A stretch of DNA of 64,000 nucleotides from an uncultured bacterium (GCA_903832855.1 CAILDB010000014.1:144-64143), one strand, 5' to 3'. Positions 45,490-55,203 are shown, counted from the stretch's first letter. Made by a program: numbers and translations. The notes: generated from the letters alone by a model not told the origin.

Positions 45490-47166
45490 TTACCAATCTT
45501 CAAGGTCAACCACTCGGCGGAGTTCGTCTAGAGAAGTAACCCCTTGCAAAATTTTAATTACTCCATCCTGACGCATATCCAAAAGATTTTGCTCAAGTGA
45601 TGCTTCTTTTACTTCTCTTTCACTTGGATTTTCTATAATAACTGCCTCAACTTTTGCTGACATTAGGATGGTTTCGCAAATTGCAATCCTGCCTTTGAAT
45701 CCTTGATGACATTTTTCACATCCGACAGCTTCCCACGCTTTTTCTTTTTGAATATCTGTCAAATATGTTTGATCTGTAATTGAAGCGAGGACCCTTTCAA
45801 ATAATTTTTTCTCATCACCGGACAAAACTTTTTCTTTTTTACAAAATGGGCAGAGTTTTCTGAGAAGTCGCTGAGCCATAGCCACATTTAATGCAGAAGA
45901 AATAATTTTTGGATTTACACCGAGGCCAATAAGACGGGGGAATGCACCCGCAGCACTATTTGTGTGCAAAGTGGAGAAGACAAGGTGGCCGGTATTTGCG
46001 GCGTCTATCGCAGTGTTTGCAGTTTCCTTGTCACGAATTTCTCCGACCATTATTACATCAGGGTCTTGTCGCAAAGCAGAGCGAAGTCCGGAAAGGAAAG
46101 TGTAGCCTTTGTCATCTTCTACTTGTGTTTGCACGACTCCTGCAAGATGGTATTCTATCGGGTCTTCAATCGTAATTATTTTTACTTCGGAACTATTTAT
46201 TTTTTTCAAAAATGCATACAAAGTGGTCGTCTTACCGGAGCCAGTAGGACCTGTAATGAGAAGCATTCCGTTTGGTCTTTCTATTTGTTCAATCAAAGCT
46301 TTCAAAGTCCTCGGATGAATACCAAGTTCTTCAAGTGGTACGGCGATGGTCTTTGGGTTTAGAAGTCGCATGACAATTGACTCGTTGTAATTGCCCGGAA
46401 GAATGGAAGTTCTAATTTCAATATCGCTATCTTTTATTTTTATGGAAAATCTTCCGTCTTGTGCTTCATCTTTTACATTTAATTTTAATCCGGAAAGTAA
46501 TTTAATTCGAGAAAGTAGCAAATTGTAATTTTCTGGACTAAGTTCAATAATATCCACAAGCACACCATCTAGTCGGTATCGCATTCTTACATTTGTTTCT
46601 GACGGCTCAAGGTGAATATCGGAAGCAGAAAGTGAGAGAGCACCTGCGATCATTATTTCCATTATTTTGGAAATTTTGTAAGTTTGTTTTACGCCGAGCA
46701 AATTATCAATTTCTGTTTTGACATCAGCGAGTGTTTTTATTTTTGCTGTAAGAGCGAGAATTTGTTCATCGGAAATATCAAATGCACCTGCTCGGCTCTC
46801 TGAAGCATATGAAAGATCTTTGTATCTGCCCCATGCTTTTTCCAAACTAGCTTTTGAGACCATAAAGACGACGGGTAGATAGCCATCTTCAGAAAGTTTA
46901 TTTAACAAGGCAATAGTTTTTTCGTGATTTGGGGAAAGGACAGCAACCTGAATTTTTTTATTCACTTCTTGGAATACAGCGGTGTTTGTCTCTCTCGCAA
47001 GTTCTTCGGGGATGATTCTGAGTGCGTCGGTATTGATAGGAATAGGGGCGAGGTCAAGATAACCAATACCATACCTAGAAGCTAGAAGCTTGGCAACATC
47101 TTCCTCTTCTCTTTTTCTGAGTTCGTCTATCCTCGCATTTTGTTTTGTATCATCAAAATCTACCAT
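45490..47166 (-). CDS. pilB: Type IV pilus / T2SS assembly ATPase PilB/GspE (paralog 1).
   Basis: LITGPTGSGKTTTLYAFL; CxxC tetracysteine motif. Confidence 0.8.
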   Translation of the reverse strand: MVDFDDTKQNARIDELRKREEEDVAKLLASRYGIGYLDLAPIPINTDALRIIPEELARETNTAVFQEVNKKIQVAVLSPNHEKTIALLNKLSEDGYLPVVFMVSKASLEKAWGRYKDLSYASESRAGAFDISDEQILALTAKIKTLADVKTEIDNLLGVKQTYKISKIMEIMIAGALSLSASDIHLEPSETNVRMRYRLDGVLVDIIELSPENYNLLLSRIKLLSGLKLNVKDEAQDGRFSIKIKDSDIEIRTSILPGNYNESIVMRLLNPKTIAVPLEELGIHPRTLKALIEQIERPNGMLLITGPTGSGKTTTLYAFLKKINSSEVKIITIEDPIEYHLAGVVQTQVEDDKGYTFLSGLRSALRQDPDVIMVGEIRDKETANTAIDAANTGHLVFSTLHTNSAAGAFPRLIGLGVNPKIISSALNVAMAQRLLRKLCPFCKKEKVLSGDEKKLFERVLASITDQTYLTDIQKEKAWEAVGCEKCHQGFKGRIAICETILMSAKVEAVIIENPSEREVKEASLEQNLLDMRQDGVIKILQGVTSLDELRRVVDLEDW

Positions 47167-47216
47167 ACTGCAAATATGATAACATTTTTTGCCTAAAAGC
47201 TTCAATTTTTTAGTGC

Positions 47217-47245
47217 TTGACAAAAAAGATGAAAGGGTGTATAAT
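47217..47245 (+). promoter_or_regulatory. Consensus sigma70 promoter TTGACA-17-TGtTATAAT followed by RBS AGGAGGA.
   Basis: Read directly. Confidence 0.6.
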
Positions 47246-47265
47246 GGTATGTAGGAGGATCTGAA

Positions 47266-47499
47266 ATGAAGAAAATTTTGATTGGACTGTTCTTTCTGGT
47301 TTTGGGGTTTTGGAACACTGGGTGCATAATGTCTTGTAACAAGAATTTCTTTAATGAAATTCGAGATAATGCGCCACCAGTTCCATCTTATGTTATGGAG
47401 CCACCACACTATGATGTCATTACTGTGGTGGTGCCCCCGACGACATATCGTCAGGGCGAGAGGCAATATCGTGTTTATGGAAGGGGATATTACCGGTGA
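47266..47499 (+). CDS. Small secreted protein (77 aa); GC-rich gene with its own promoter and terminator.
   Basis: Signal-peptide-like KKILIGLFFLVLGFW. Confidence 0.45.
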   Translation: MKKILIGLFFLVLGFWNTGCIMSCNKNFFNEIRDNAPPVPSYVMEPPHYDVITVVVPPTTYRQGERQYRVYGRGYYR

Positions 47500-47504
47500 T
47501 GACA

Positions 47505-47536
47505 GGGCGCGCTTGCAGCAAGCGCGCCCTTTTTCT
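47505..47536 (+). terminator. Strong terminator gggcgcgcttgc-a-gcaagcgcgccc plus TTTTT.
   Basis: Read directly. Confidence 0.7.
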
Positions 47537-47554
47537 TTGCCTCCATTTTTGTTA

Positions 47555-47999
47555 TTATGCCCCTATGAGACTCATTAGCAAAAGTCTAGAAAACACCGAA
47601 GAAATTGCAAAAGATTTTGTTGAAAAACTTTCCTTTGGTGTTCACGAAAACGCTTGCGTTGTCGGCCTTTACGGTGACCTTGGTTCAGGAAAAACAACTT
47701 TTACAAAATCTGTGGCAAAAATTCTTGGTGCAAAAGAAAATATTACTAGCCCGACTTTTGTTATTGAAAAAATCTATAATATTTCGCATCTTTTTTTTAC
47801 AAAACTGATTCACATTGACGCCTACCGACTTGAATCGGCCGAAGAACTCCAAAAACTTTCTTGGGCAGAAACTTTGGCAAATGCAAAAAATCTTATTTTA
47901 ATAGAATGGCCGGAAAATGTTTTAGAAATTCTGCCAGAAAATCATATGAAAATTAATTTTAAATTTGTTTCGGAAAATGAAAGGGAAATAGAGATTTAA
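47555..47999 (+). CDS. tsaE: tRNA t6A biosynthesis protein TsaE (YjeE ATPase).
   Basis: VVGLYGDLGSGKTTFTK...SPTF. Confidence 0.75.
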
Positions 48000-48033
48000 A
48001 ATTTCAATACTTTTTTGTGATAAGATAGCGACT

Positions 48034-50472
48034 ATGGAGAAAGGGAAAAACAAAAAATTAGTACTACTTGATTCTCACGCGATAATTCATCGTGCGTATC
48101 ACGCATTGCCGGATTTTGTCTCAAGCAAGGGTGAGCCGACGGGGGCTTTATATGGGCTTTCCACAATGCTTCTTGCCATAATTACCGAACTTAAACCGGA
48201 CTATATAGTGGCTTGTTTTGATTTGCCAAAGCCGACTTACAGACACGAAGCATACAAAGAATACAAAGCGGGTAGAGCGAAGACAGATGAAGGTTTAATT
48301 TCTCAGCTAAAAAGGTCTCGTGATATTTTTACTGCATTAAATATTCCGATGTATGATAAAGAAGGTTTTGAGGCGGATGATGTTATTGGCACGATAGTTG
48401 AAGAAACAAAAAAAGATAAAAATTTGGAGGTGGTGATTGCGTCTGGTGATATGGATACGCTTCAGCTCGTGGAAGATGGCAGAGTGAAAGTTTACACTTT
48501 GAAAAAGGGAATTAAAGACACGATTATCTATGACGAAAAAGCAGTGGTGGCAAGATTTGGATTTAAACCGAGACTTTTGACGGATTACAAGGGCCTGAGA
48601 GGTGATCCATCGGATAATATTATCGGTATAAAAGGAATTGGAGAAAAAACGGCGGAAATTCTTATACAAAATTTCGGGACAATTGAAGAAATTTACAAGA
48701 AAATAAAAAAAGACAAAAAAGCCTTTAAAGATGTAAAAATTACCGACAGAATTGTAAAACTTCTAGAAGATGGTGAGGAAGAGGCAAACTTTTCCAAAAT
48801 GCTTGCGACTATTAGGCGAGATGCGCCAATCAATTTTTCTCTTCCAGAGAAAGAATGGAAAGAAAATTTTGATGATTCAAAAATAAAGACGCTTTGGGCA
48901 GAACTTGACTTTAGGACGCTTGGTTCGCGTTTAGATGATGTTTTGAAGGACAAAAAGCCTATGGCAAGGTCTGACCTTGCCATAGGCAAGGACTTGGAGG
49001 CTTCGTCTCCAAGTGGACTATTTGCAAGTCCGCAAGACCTTGAGAAGCAAAAGGAACTTTTTATTGCCACATGGCTTTTGAATTCAAATACGACGAACCC
49101 TACTTTGGAAGATGTTTTGAACCTTACTGGTACAAAAGATTTGGATGAAGCTGAGAAAATTTTGATGAAGGACCTGAAAAACAAAGGATTAGAGAATGTT
49201 TATGAAAAAATTGAAAAGCCACTTATTCCTATAATTGAAAAGATGGAAAAAATGGGTGTGAAAGTGAATAAAGAAGAAATAAAAACTCTTTCGACAGAAT
49301 ATCACAAAGTTTTGGCAGAAAAAGAAAAGCAAATTTGGAAACTTGCAGGGACGGAATTTAATGTGAACTCTCCAAAGCAGATGGGGGAAATACTTTTCAA
49401 CAAACTTGGACTCAAAGCGAAGAATCAAAAGAAGACGGGAAGTGGTGGACTTTCTACAAAAGAATCGGAGCTTGAAAAAATGCGTGATATGCACCCAATA
49501 ATTCCTCTTATCTTTGACCATCGCGAATTACAAAAACTTCTTTCCACTTACATTGATGTTATCTCTGAAATCCTAGATGAAAAAGATAGATTACACGCAA
49601 AATTTTTGCAGACAGGCACGACGACAGGCAGAATGTCTTCGCAAGAGCCAAATTTGCAAAATATCCCGACAAAGAGCGAGCTTGGCAGAAATGTCCGAAA
49701 AGCTTTTATCGCCGAAAAAGGTTTTAAACTAGTTTCTTTTGATTACTCACAAATTGAAATCCGTATCGCAGCCTTTCTTTCCGGTGATGAAAAACTTTTG
49801 GAAATTTTTAGAAAAGGTGAAGATGTACACACTGCAGTTGCATCGGAAGTTTTCGGTGTTCCGCCAGAAAAAGTGGATAAAGAAATGCGAAGACGGGCAA
49901 AAGTAATAAATTTTGGAATAATGTATGGAATGGGCGTGATGGCACTCAAGCAAAATATAAATTCAACGCGAGAAGAAGCACAGAGATATTTGGACGAATA
50001 TTTCAAAAAGTTTTCTGGCCTTGCGAGGTATTTGGATAGTGTGAAGGCCGAAGCCGAGAGAAATGGCTTCACAGAAACACTTTTTGGCAGAAGAAGATAT
50101 TTTGAAGGGATGAAATCGCCACTTCCATATATCCGTGCAATGGCAGAAAGAATGGCTATAAATGCGCCTATTCAGGGAACCGAAGCGGACATCATTAAAC
50201 TTTCAATGATAAAAATTGATGAATTTTTGCAAAACCCTAAATCGTTCGGAAACGATCGGGCGCAAGGAAAACTAACAGAAAAAGTTCGCCTAATTTTGCA
50301 AGTTCACGACGAACTCGTGTATGAAATTGAAGAAAATCTCGTCGAAAGCATTTCAAAAGAAATAAAAAATATAATGGAAAATGTTACAACTCCAGAACAA
50401 ACAAAAGGCGTCATCTGCCAAGCCGATGTTTCGGCGGGGAATAATTGGAGAGATATGGAAAAAATAATCTAA
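48034..50472 (+). CDS. polA: DNA polymerase I (5'-3' exonuclease plus polymerase domains).
   Basis: Motif A DYSQIEIRI; motif B RRRAKVINFGIMYG; motif C QVHDELVYE. Confidence 0.9.
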   Translation: MEKGKNKKLVLLDSHAIIHRAYHALPDFVSSKGEPTGALYGLSTMLLAIITELKPDYIVACFDLPKPTYRHEAYKEYKAGRAKTDEGLISQLKRSRDIFTALNIPMYDKEGFEADDVIGTIVEETKKDKNLEVVIASGDMDTLQLVEDGRVKVYTLKKGIKDTIIYDEKAVVARFGFKPRLLTDYKGLRGDPSDNIIGIKGIGEKTAEILIQNFGTIEEIYKKIKKDKKAFKDVKITDRIVKLLEDGEEEANFSKMLATIRRDAPINFSLPEKEWKENFDDSKIKTLWAELDFRTLGSRLDDVLKDKKPMARSDLAIGKDLEASSPSGLFASPQDLEKQKELFIATWLLNSNTTNPTLEDVLNLTGTKDLDEAEKILMKDLKNKGLENVYEKIEKPLIPIIEKMEKMGVKVNKEEIKTLSTEYHKVLAEKEKQIWKLAGTEFNVNSPKQMGEILFNKLGLKAKNQKKTGSGGLSTKESELEKMRDMHPIIPLIFDHRELQKLLSTYIDVISEILDEKDRLHAKFLQTGTTTGRMSSQEPNLQNIPTKSELGRNVRKAFIAEKGFKLVSFDYSQIEIRIAAFLSGDEKLLEIFRKGEDVHTAVASEVFGVPPEKVDKEMRRRAKVINFGIMYGMGVMALKQNINSTREEAQRYLDEYFKKFSGLARYLDSVKAEAERNGFTETLFGRRRYFEGMKSPLPYIRAMAERMAINAPIQGTEADIIKLSMIKIDEFLQNPKSFGNDRAQGKLTEKVRLILQVHDELVYEIEENLVESISKEIKNIMENVTTPEQTKGVICQADVSAGNNWRDMEKII

Positions 50473-50497
50473 ATTTGCTGCACCTCCAAAATTTTTT

Positions 50498-50528
50498 GAT
50501 GGCAAATTTTACTACGGGGTGATATAAT
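50498..50528 (+). promoter_or_regulatory. Half-palindrome motif gatggcaaattttactacggggtg plus extended -10 TGaTATAAT, 7 nt before the ATG (leaderless).
   Basis: Same family as 29119 and 53380. Confidence 0.5.
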
Positions 50529-50534
50529 TTTCCT

Positions 50535-51392
50535 ATGTTAAATAATAATTCAAAAGAAATCACTCAAATCGCTTTATTTAAAAAGAAAGAAATAAGAAAG
50601 AAAATTTATAATGGTGAATGGTGGTTTGTGATTAATGATGTCATTGAAGCTTTGACTGATTCAGCTGACCCCGCACAATATTTTAAACGCATGAAAGAGC
50701 GTGATTTAGAATTAGATAAATTAGTTAGTCAAGGGGGGGTACAATTTGTACCACCCCTTATGCTTGAGTTTGAAACTAGTGGTGGTACACAAAAAATGTA
50801 TTGCTGGCATACAGAAGGGATGTTTCGCCTCGTCCAATCAATCCCATCTCCTAAAGCTGAGCCCTTTAAACGCTGGTTGGCAAAAGTCGGCTATGAAAGA
50901 GTTCAAGAAATTGAAAATCCGGAACTGGCTACAAAAAGGACGCGAATGCTTTATAAGCTGAAAGGATATTCCGATTCTTGGATAGAAAAAAGAATGCGGG
51001 GTATTGCAATTCGTGAAGAATTGACCGATGAATGGCAAAATAGGGGAGCAAAAGAAGAAAAGGATTATGAAATATTGACAGCAGAAATTTCCAAAGCAAC
51101 TTTTGGTATAACACCGACTGAATACAAAAAACTCAAAGGTCTTAAGCGAGAAAATTTGCGTGATCATATGGATGATTTTGAACTCATTTTCACAATGCTT
51201 GGAGAAAGGTCAACGACTGAAATTCATCGCCAAGAAAAATCTGTTGGTGTGCCAAAATTAAAACAAGATGCTCACCGTGGCGGAAGAGTTGCCGGAAACG
51301 CCAGAAAAGAATTGGAAAAAGAGCTCGGGCATTCAGTAGTTTCTAAACAAAATTATATTAAAAATCCAGAACACAGAAAAAGGTTGAAATAA
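50535..51392 (+). CDS. Bro-N domain protein (phage antirepressor-like).
   Basis: EWWFVINDVIEALT... is the Bro-N signature. Confidence 0.55.
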   Translation: MLNNNSKEITQIALFKKKEIRKKIYNGEWWFVINDVIEALTDSADPAQYFKRMKERDLELDKLVSQGGVQFVPPLMLEFETSGGTQKMYCWHTEGMFRLVQSIPSPKAEPFKRWLAKVGYERVQEIENPELATKRTRMLYKLKGYSDSWIEKRMRGIAIREELTDEWQNRGAKEEKDYEILTAEISKATFGITPTEYKKLKGLKRENLRDHMDDFELIFTMLGERSTTEIHRQEKSVGVPKLKQDAHRGGRVAGNARKELEKELGHSVVSKQNYIKNPEHRKRLK

Positions 51393-51417
51393 AAATTATT
51401 TCTGATATATTTACCAT

Positions 51418-53253
51418 ATGGAAAATTACGAAAAACATCCCTTACATCTCAAAATCCCCGAACTTCAGCAGAGCGAAGAAGTTGCCGAAGCAGTAGAAAA
51501 GCAAGAACGCCTGACCGGCGAGGATTTACCGAACGACCCCAACGAAAGAATAGAAGCGTATATGGATCGTTTGGAAAACATCTTTCTCAATCCAGACGAA
51601 CGAGTTCGCGAGCGTAATCTTGAAATGCTCCGCCCTGCCATCTATGATGCTCTCATCATCAAACCCGAGCAAGTTCCAGAATCATATTTTGAACTTCAAC
51701 AGCAAGTAGCTCGTGAACGAGGCCAACCCGTGGAAACAATTCCTCAAAACGTCCGTGAACAAATGATAGATACTGTCATTGAAGACCAAAGACACTCCTT
51801 GGATCAATGGATGGAATATTTGACATCGGATGATGTAGCATACCCGACATGGTTTAAATATTTTGTTTGGAGAAATGTTGTCAAATTATCGCAATTTGAT
51901 AAGACACTTGGAAAATTCAAAACAAGAACGGATTCTACAGTCGCTCCATATCCCGATATCTATCGTGCACCACTTGCAAAAATCCTAGACATTTACGAAC
52001 AAGTTGCGGGAGATAACAGTAAACTCAAAGACCCACAAATTCAAGTCGAATTTTCCAAAAGATTTCCCAAATTATATGCTGAGTTTATCAGTGAGTCATT
52101 AGCCGTTACCATTGAAAGCAAGGAACAAATCAAAGGTAAATGGATTAAATACAATAAAGGTAATCAAAAAGAAGCGGATAAACTTTTTGATTCTATGCAA
52201 GCTAAAGGCACAGGTTGGTGTATAGAAGGTCGCACTACTGCCAGAAACTATGTTGAACAAGGCGACTTCTATGTCTATTATACATATGACAAAGATGGTA
52301 ATCCAATTCAGCCAAGAATTGCTATACAAATGAACGGTTCTGAAATAGGGCAGATTCGAGGAATCCAAGCTCATCAAGAACTAGAGCCAATAATGAGCGA
52401 TATTCTAGACGAAAAACTAAAAAGTTTTGGTCCAGAAGCCGACAAATACAAAAAGAAATCGACTGATATGAAGCACCTCACCGAAATAGACAACAAGACA
52501 AAAGCAAATCAACCACTTACAAAAGACGAACTTTTCTTTCTATATGAAGTCAACGCAAGTATCGAAGGTTTTGGCTATGCTAAAGACCCCCGCATTGAAG
52601 AAATACGAGACAAAAGAAATATCAAAGAAGACCTGCCAATTCTTTTTGATTGCACACCAAATCAAATCGCCACAACTCCGGAAGAACTTACTGCAGACAC
52701 AGTTGCATACATCGGCCCTTGGACTCCAGTTGTATTAAATCAACTCCCAAAAACCGTCAAACATATTTACGAGAAATTTCCTGATCAAAAAGCTTTCTTA
52801 AAAGAAATTACCCCTGACCCGGAAATTAATTCTGCCGATACTGCCATCGCCAAACTAGAAGCCGAGGGCCACACAATGGGTGATTACGGAAAAGATATGC
52901 TTGCAAAAGTGAATTGGGCAGAACAACTCAAATCTTCCTACGAAGTCGTCTCTTTCACGGTCGGAGAACTCTTCGATGACAGAGATGTCCACACATATGC
53001 CGATATCAAATCAAAAGCCCAAGAACTTGGTCTTGACCTTGTCCCGCAAGCTCTTGCCCCCTCTATTCGTTTGAATTATCCAAAGGATGGTGAATGGACA
53101 AATATTGCAATGAATGCAATACGCGACCGCGATGGCTACCTCAGGATTTTCCACTGCAACGGGCGTGGCTCGAAGTCGTGGCTTGGTCTCAGCAGCGGTC
53201 GTGACGACGGCAGGTGGCACGACGGCAGTCGCTTCTTCTTTGTCCGCAAGTAA
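51418..53253 (+). CDS. DGR target (variable) protein; the C-terminal ~45 aa form the variable region.
   Basis: The C-terminus ...RDRDGYLRIFHCNGRGSKSWLGLSSGRDDGRWHDGSRFFFVRK matches the TR-encoded ...RDRDGNLRIFNCNRNGSKSWLDNNNGRDDNKWNDNNRFFFVRK. Higher GC than neighbouring genes. Confidence 0.8.
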   Translation: MENYEKHPLHLKIPELQQSEEVAEAVEKQERLTGEDLPNDPNERIEAYMDRLENIFLNPDERVRERNLEMLRPAIYDALIIKPEQVPESYFELQQQVARERGQPVETIPQNVREQMIDTVIEDQRHSLDQWMEYLTSDDVAYPTWFKYFVWRNVVKLSQFDKTLGKFKTRTDSTVAPYPDIYRAPLAKILDIYEQVAGDNSKLKDPQIQVEFSKRFPKLYAEFISESLAVTIESKEQIKGKWIKYNKGNQKEADKLFDSMQAKGTGWCIEGRTTARNYVEQGDFYVYYTYDKDGNPIQPRIAIQMNGSEIGQIRGIQAHQELEPIMSDILDEKLKSFGPEADKYKKKSTDMKHLTEIDNKTKANQPLTKDELFFLYEVNASIEGFGYAKDPRIEEIRDKRNIKEDLPILFDCTPNQIATTPEELTADTVAYIGPWTPVVLNQLPKTVKHIYEKFPDQKAFLKEITPDPEINSADTAIAKLEAEGHTMGDYGKDMLAKVNWAEQLKSSYEVVSFTVGELFDDRDVHTYADIKSKAQELGLDLVPQALAPSIRLNYPKDGEWTNIAMNAIRDRDGYLRIFHCNGRGSKSWLGLSSGRDDGRWHDGSRFFFVRK

Positions 53254-53257
53254 CTCT
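53118..53257 (+). repeat. DGR variable region (VR).
   Basis: ~140 bp aligned to the TR; 19 of 20 mismatches, including all inside the cgcgaccgc...gtccgcaa core, fall at positions where the TR has A; one off-A mismatch in the terminal gtaactc/atcactc tail. Confidence 0.85.
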
Positions 53258-53329
53258 TTTTTCTAATATCTTTTACCTTATATTATCCCTTTTTCCTTTT
53301 AACTTTTTTCTTTTAAAAATTTTGTGATA

Positions 53330-53400
53330 CCCCGTAGTGAAATTTGCCATCAAAAAATTCTCTAATTTTTTTAAAAATAATGGCAAATTCTACTACGGGG
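53330..53400. promoter_or_regulatory. Split palindrome ccccgtagtgaaatttgccat-N29-atggcaaattctactacgggg between VR and TR. The right arm is followed by a -10-like gataagataat and points into the TR.
   Basis: Arms are perfect reverse complements. Confidence 0.5.
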
Positions 53401-53630
53401 TGATAAGATAATACAGAAAGTAGGCGAATATGTCGGCGATTACGGTTTCCGACTGCCGAAATTAGTATCCATACATCGAGAGTATCCGTGATCAAGGTTT
53501 CGGGTAGAGTGGTGTATGAAGACCTTCAAAAAATGAAGTTACTTGGTTCGGAATCTAGGGCATTTATAAATGCCGAATTCGATTCAATCCTGAGAGTATT
53601 CAAAGGGTGGTGGTATAGGAGGGTTCCGAA

Positions 53631-53770
53631 CAAACGCGACCGCGATGGCAACCTCAGGATTTTCAACTGCAACAGGAATGGCTCGAAGTCATGGCTTGAT
53701 AACAACAACGGTCGTGACGACAACAAGTGGAACGACAACAATCGCTTCTTCTTTGTCCGCAAATCACTCA
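53631..53770 (+). repeat. DGR template repeat (TR), AAC/Asn-codon-rich; it gives rise to the spurious ORF 53488-53871.
   Basis: Offset +513 from the VR; adenines mark every VR difference. Confidence 0.85.
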
Positions 53771-54121
53771 TTTCTCTCTCGCTTTTGCGAGAGAGTTTTG
53801 TTTTAGTGTTCTTCCAAGCCAACCACCGAGTTCCTTACCTATTTCATTTGTTCTTTCCGAAAGCCAGATGAATTTCTTGTCTTCAAGAGATTTATTTTCC
53901 CAAAGAATGAGCAAAAAAACATTTAATGTGTTGATTTTTCTGATTGCTAATCTGATGTAGGGGGCTTTTTCTTCTTGTGACAGAAAAGTGGCGATAGCTA
54001 CCGCCTCTATTATGTCAGTAAATAAATTATCTACCTTTTGACCGAGAGTGTGCCTGTGGTTTTTCGGCAATATCTGATAATATTCATACCAAAACTTGTA
54101 AACGGTTTTGATTTCTTGCAT
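53768..54121 (-). CDS. avd: Avd-like accessory variability determinant (four-helix-bundle, IVS-protein family), encoded on the strand opposite to TR and RT; its stop overlaps the TR 3' end.
   Basis: YKFWYEYYQILPKNHRHTLGQKVDNLFTDIIEAVAIA is a typical Avd/23S-IVS pattern. Start placed at ATG 54121 (MQEIKT); the ORF track extends to a TTG through the poly-G run. Confidence 0.65.
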   Translation of the reverse strand: MQEIKTVYKFWYEYYQILPKNHRHTLGQKVDNLFTDIIEAVAIATFLSQEEKAPYIRLAIRKINTLNVFLLILWENKSLEDKKFIWLSERTNEIGKELGGWLGRTLKQNSLAKAREK

Positions 54122-54140
54122 TATCGGCAATAATTTTAGT

Positions 54141-54151
54141 GGGGGGGGGGG
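54141..54151. repeat. 11-nt G homopolymer in the 50-bp divergent avd/RT promoter region.
   Basis: tagtgggggggggggcttt read directly; exceptional in a ~35% GC genome. Confidence 0.6.
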
Positions 54152-54170
54152 CTTTATAGTTGTCTTTTTT

Positions 54171-55175
54171 ATGTCCAAAATTAAATTCGTTCATAAGTAT
54201 GAAGATATCATAAAAACAGAAAACCTGCTAGAAGCATGGAAGGAATTTTTGCGTGGGAAAAAGAAAAAAGATGATGTGCAGATTTTTGAAAGAAATTTGA
54301 TGCAGAATATTTTCTCTCTTAATGCGGATTTGAAAACGAGAACCTACGAACACTCCAAATATGAGGCCTTTAATATCTCTGACCCTAAGCCAAGAACAAT
54401 TCATAAAGCGAAAGTTAGAGATAGACTTTTACACCACGCTATTTATAGATATTTATATCCATTTTTTAATAAAACTTTTATTGCCGACTCTTTTTCTTGT
54501 CGTCTGGATAAGGGAACGCACGGAGCAATAAAAAGATTAGACGGATTTTATCTAAAGGTCTCAAAAAACAATACAAAACAGGTCTGGGTTTTGAAATGTG
54601 ATGTTCGCAAGTTTTTTGATTCCATAAACCACGAGATTCTCTTAAATATTTTGGATTCATATATTGAAGATAAAGAAGTCACAGAGCTTTTAAGAAAAAT
54701 AATATCCAGTTTTTACAAAAAAGAAGTTGGTGTGGGGCTACCTCTCGGAAATCTAACCTCCCAGCTTTTTGTGAATATCTATATGAACATTTTTGATCAA
54801 TTCGTAAAACACAAATTGAAAGCAAAATGCTATATCAGATATTCTGATGATTTTGTTATTTTGTCGAAAAACAAGGAATGGCTTGAAAGTATTTTGCCAA
54901 AAATTACCGACTTTCTTAGCGAAAGACTCAAACTTTCTTTGCATCCAAACAAAGTATCAATCAAAACATTTTCTTCCGGCACGGACTTTCTCGGCTGGGT
55001 GAATTTTCATAATCACAAAGTACTTAGAACGAGAACAAAAAAGAGAATGTTTAGGAATATTTTGGCGAAGAATTTCAAAAAGGAAGTGGTGCAGTCGTAT
55101 TTGGGGTTGTTGAGCCATGGAAATACAAATAAAATAAAAAATAATTTGTTGAGGCAAATTCCAGTTTCCTTTTAA
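54171..55175 (+). CDS. DGR reverse transcriptase.
   Basis: RT motifs PKPRTIHKAKVRDRLLHHAI, CDVRKFFDSINHE and YIRYSDDFVIL (YxDD). DGR-diagnostic GLPLGNLTSQ (IGxxxSQ). Start at ATG 54171. Confidence 0.85.
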   Translation: MSKIKFVHKYEDIIKTENLLEAWKEFLRGKKKKDDVQIFERNLMQNIFSLNADLKTRTYEHSKYEAFNISDPKPRTIHKAKVRDRLLHHAIYRYLYPFFNKTFIADSFSCRLDKGTHGAIKRLDGFYLKVSKNNTKQVWVLKCDVRKFFDSINHEILLNILDSYIEDKEVTELLRKIISSFYKKEVGVGLPLGNLTSQLFVNIYMNIFDQFVKHKLKAKCYIRYSDDFVILSKNKEWLESILPKITDFLSERLKLSLHPNKVSIKTFSSGTDFLGWVNFHNHKVLRTRTKKRMFRNILAKNFKKEVVQSYLGLLSHGNTNKIKNNLLRQIPVSF

Positions 55176-55203
55176 AGGGCGGGTTCAAATTGAACACCCC
55201 CTT

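Noticed and set aside
53488-53871. 127-aa ORF resembling the target protein's C-terminus
   Set aside because: It is the DGR template repeat read in the target's frame (Asn/AAC-rich) and runs on past the homology. TRs are non-coding.
54141-54151. Poly-G tract as a G-quadruplex
   Set aside because: A single G run cannot form an intramolecular G4. Slipped-strand variation or an artefact is more plausible.
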